DNA of 64,000 nt from Nemertoderma westbladi (Eukaryota; Animalia; Xenacoelomorpha): the NCBI GenBank assembly GCA_032718475.1, contig JAUCBJ010001608.1, positions 1 to 64,000 on the forward strand, in the 5' to 3' direction. Both the position numbers and the translations under genes were made by a program. The notes under the pieces were generated by a model. That model saw only the letters and a list, made by a program, of their open reading frames with translations, was not told the DNA's origin and did not search any database. Below, piece after piece: positions 60,308 through 64,000 of this stretch. Within the stretch, counting starts at the first letter, position 1. Each line of letters begins with the position of its first letter.

Positions 60308-63300
60308 ATGGATAAAATAACAATATGTTGTTCATTCTGTCATATGAATGTAACTAGACATAATTATTTACGCCACCTACGGTCACATTTTGAAAGTTAT
60401 TCTTGTTTAAGTGTCATGTCGTGACTTCATGCAGCGAAATTTGTAAACGACATGAAACGACTACTGGTTGTAAAGAAATGGAGTTCCGCACCTATCAATT
60501 GACTTGTTCTACCTGTAATAAAGAGTATACATATGACAATTATTTACGACACGATTGTCACTTGAAATGTTACTACACAAGAAAGCGTAAATATCCGCAA
60601 CGTAAAAATATATTATCTAGAAAAAACTTAAGGGTGGCTCTTGGTACATGCGCAACAATTTTTACGCGGGAACAAGAAGCTCACGATAATCGTCTTGAAA
60701 TTTATGTCCACGACCTCCCAACTTCTAGAGATTATCCCGATGTAGAAACAGCAGTAACGCAAATTCGAGGTAATATTCTTCAGTTAATATTAGATAGATT
60801 GAAAGAAATGAATGTTCTTAGACTGTGGTTAGGTCTAAATGTATTAATGTACAGGTCACATTTTTCAGAAGGTGAGCAATTGGAAACCTTTTATTTTAAT
60901 TCTTCCGGTGGTGCTATTAATACTGTAGATTCGCCGCAAAGTTTTGACACATGGTTTGAGTATGTGCTGGGGAATATATTACAAAAAATAGCCATCTTTA
61001 ACACACGTGGTTCGGGGTGGCGTATTAAATCTTTATTAAGGGTTGAAATTAAATTAGCGGAATCTAAGTGTAGGTCGTTACTATATAAGGGGCATGGGTA
61101 TATGGAATTACCTAAGGCTCTATCAGGTAAACAGTGTGTTATAAATGTACAATCGGCTGATAATGACTGTTTTAAATGGGCAATTATATCCGCAAAATTT
61201 AGTAGCAAAGTGAAAAACAACAAACAGCGTACTTCATCGTACAAAAATTATATGACTCATTTCATTTTTGACAACGGGAACAAAGATTATCCAACAGAGT
61301 GGCAGTTAGCAATTAAACTTTTTGAAAAACAAAATTCAAAATATATAATTAATTTACTATGTTGGAATAACGACAATAAACGCACCCCGGTATCTATATT
61401 AAGACAACCTCCGTTTAGTAAAATTACACCTGATAAACAGTTATTAAATATATTACTTGTAGTAAAAAATAACAATGTACCTAAACTGAATCATTATGTT
61501 TGCATAACTAACTTGAATCGATTGCTGAATACGAGAGCTCTTCATACCCAAGGTAGGCAATATTGTGAAAGGTGTTTGACACATTTTTTTCAAGCGGAAG
61601 TTCTTCATCGACACCGTCTTGCCTGCTACCAAGGAAGAAGTCAGCGCGAGAAACTACCTAATAAAAAAAGAACACACATTAGTTTTACAAATTTAGATAG
61701 AACCTTAGCCCCATTGTTTGTCACCTACTTTGATATAGAATGTATCTTACAACCGTCAGTTAATAATCAAATTATACAGGAGCATATACCGTATGCTGTG
61801 AGTTATTTAATTGTTCCCAATACTGAATTAATTGATGCTCCAAAATGTCATTTGAAAACATTCGTAAAGTCAAATAATAATAATTGTATTCAAGATTTCT
61901 TAGATTCATTATATACTGATTTAACTGAATTATGTTGTTGGTCAGAAATATACACTCATAAAACTATGTCATTTACTAATATTGATTTTGTAAATTTTGA
62001 ACAAGCAAAATTTTGTTTTTATTGTAATGTTACTTTAAATAATAATGTAGGGAAAAACAGACACCATTCACATATTACAGGTAAATATATTGCGGCAGCC
62101 TGTAATAGTTGTAACCGAAGTTTATCATTGAAACGATACCTGTATGTACTTCGCGGACACAATTCCAACAACTACGATATACATTGTATATTACAAAGCG
62201 GATTTAGAGATAAGAAATACACAGATTGGGATATAAAGGTTATACCGAGAAATACAGAGCGATATATTTCACTGAGTGCCTTTATCCCAATTAAAAACAC
62301 TTCTAAGAAAATTGAGTTACGTTTTTTAGACACATATCAATTTTTAAGCTTTTCTTTAAGTAATTTAGTTGAGTGTTCAACAAAGGATGTAGCCGGTCAT
62401 GATATAAGCTCAATTTTACCTATTACTCTACAAGAAATGAAATATTTTTATCCAAACTTGAATAACTCAACGATTAAACGGAAAGGAGTATTTCCATACG
62501 AGTACTTGACAGATATTAATAAATTTAATGATACTGGTTTACCGTCTATAAATAATTTTTTTAGTAACTTAAGTCAAAAAACATGCACAATTGAAGATTA
62601 TAGGTTTGCGGGAATATCATGGGTTGAATTCGACTGTGTGAATCTTAAAGATTATCTTTTAGCCTATTTAAAACTCGATATTTGTTTGCTTGCCGATATA
62701 TTTGAGAATTTTAGGAATGTTTGTAAACAAAATTACGATTTAGAAGCAGTTTTTTACTGTAGTATTGCGTCATTTACCTATGATTGCGCACTAAAACATA
62801 ATAAATGTAAAATAGAATTAATAAAGGATTATCAGACATATAGAGATTTTGAAAAATCAATTAGGGGTGGTGTTTCATTTTGTCGAAAACATTATATAGA
62901 ATCAAATATACCAGGTACAAGTACATATGATTCTACTAAGGAAGAATGCCATATTTTTAATATTGATTTCAACTCTTTATATTCTGGGAATTTAAGTAAA
63001 AAACTACCCACCTCACAATTCAAAGAAGTAAGTATTAAACATTTAGAGAATGCAATTCCAGAAAAACTAATCGAGTACTTGGTAGATTTAGACATTGATG
63101 GATCTACTGGATATTTTTTAATATGTGATTTAAATTATCCCAAGGCTATTCACGATCAAACATTACAATTACCGTTAGCCCCCGAGCATTTAAGTATAAA
63201 TGAATCAATGCTTTCACCTTATATGCGGGAACAATTTAATAACTTGTCAATACAAAGAGGTACCACCCGTAAATATAGAATGTCTATACCAAAACTCATG

Positions 63301-64000
63301 CTGACACAATTTGATAAAGAGTTTTATCATTTACATTTGAAACTGTTAAAATTTTATATAAAACATGGATTAATTGTTACTAAACTACATAAATTATATT
63401 CTTTTCAACAAGAATTTGTATTTAAAAATTACATCGATTTTAATATTAATCAAAGGCGACTGGCAAAAAGTTACATTGAAACTGCTGTCGCGAAATTGCT
63501 CAATAATTCACTGTTTGGCAAATCAATAGAAAAAATAAGAGATCGATGTAACTTTCGTATCGCAAATAGTAATGATAAATGCGATCAATTGGTAAATCGT
63601 ATTAATCATGAACAATTTATAATATACAATAATACATTATCGGGACATTTATTAGTGAAAGACTCTGTAACTCTCGATAAGCCTATATTTATTGGTAGCA
63701 CTGTGTTGGACTTGGCTAAATTGGATATGTATGATCTGTATTACAATAAATTGCTACCTATTGAGAAAGAATTAAACTGCCGTATTGAAATTGCTGCATC
63801 AGACACTGACTCATTGATAGGTTGTTACTATAATACATCTCAGAATAATTTTTTAAAAGCATTAATTAAAATTAATATTTTAGATACATCCAATTACCCT
63901 AAGGATCACCCGCTCTACAGTGATAAAAATAAATCTAGACTCTATTATTGTAAAGACTAACTAGCCTCACGTGAAATTAAACAAGCAGTATTTTTAAGAC
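60308..64000 (+). pseudogene. polB: Protein-primed family B DNA polymerase with N-terminal C2H2 fingers and an endonuclease VII-like insert
   Basis: GSGW, YFDIEC, GHNSNNYD, RKGVFPYEY, YLKLD, DFNSLY, KLLNNSLFGK, SDTDS; ATG 60308 (CSFC...HLRSH) is frameshifted near 60400; TAA at 63958 replaces the E of KDE and the frame continues LASREIKQAVFLR. Confidence 0.92.

Larger units (their letters stand above)
57907..64000 (+). mobile_element. Left portion of a Polinton/Maverick (adintovirus-like) element, decaying
   Basis: Protein-primed PolB plus PC4-like gene; candidate AGTAGTAG terminus at 57907; no integrase or capsid gene inside the window. Confidence 0.7.

Overview
AT-rich eukaryotic DNA (probably a marine invertebrate; inference) that is almost entirely nested transposable elements around one small host gene (secreted PAN/apple-like protein, 28074-28583, minus) and a 39-bp satellite. 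The dominant feature is a giant BEL/Pao LTR retroelement family present three times: a full-length copy B (32391-51248, +; 1201-bp LTRs, ACTAA TSD, inserted in the satellite), a diverged, internally deleted and 5'-truncated copy A (771-~19304, minus) and an LTR tip at 1-52. This family is atypical in four ways. It has no tRNA-type PBS; instead the 11 nt after the 5' LTR are exactly complementary to an 11-mer inside the LTR, the geometry of Tf1-type self-priming. Its ancestral Gag-Pol is about 2700 aa with a long N-terminal extension. It carries a conserved 591-aa zinc-knuckle/NLS ORF plus a small, probably spliced ORF between pol and the 3' LTR. Both of its untranslated regions contain duplicated, structured blocks. 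Also present: an intact ordinary BEL/Pao element nested in copy A (9111-16055), a GalEa-type Copia with identical LTRs but no protease or zinc knuckle (19685-24306), LINE fragments, non-autonomous piggyBac-, Kolobok- and Helentron-like elements, and the left part of a decaying Polinton/Maverick-like element (PC4-like gene and protein-primed PolB) running off the right edge. All comparisons were made by eye; no database searches were run.
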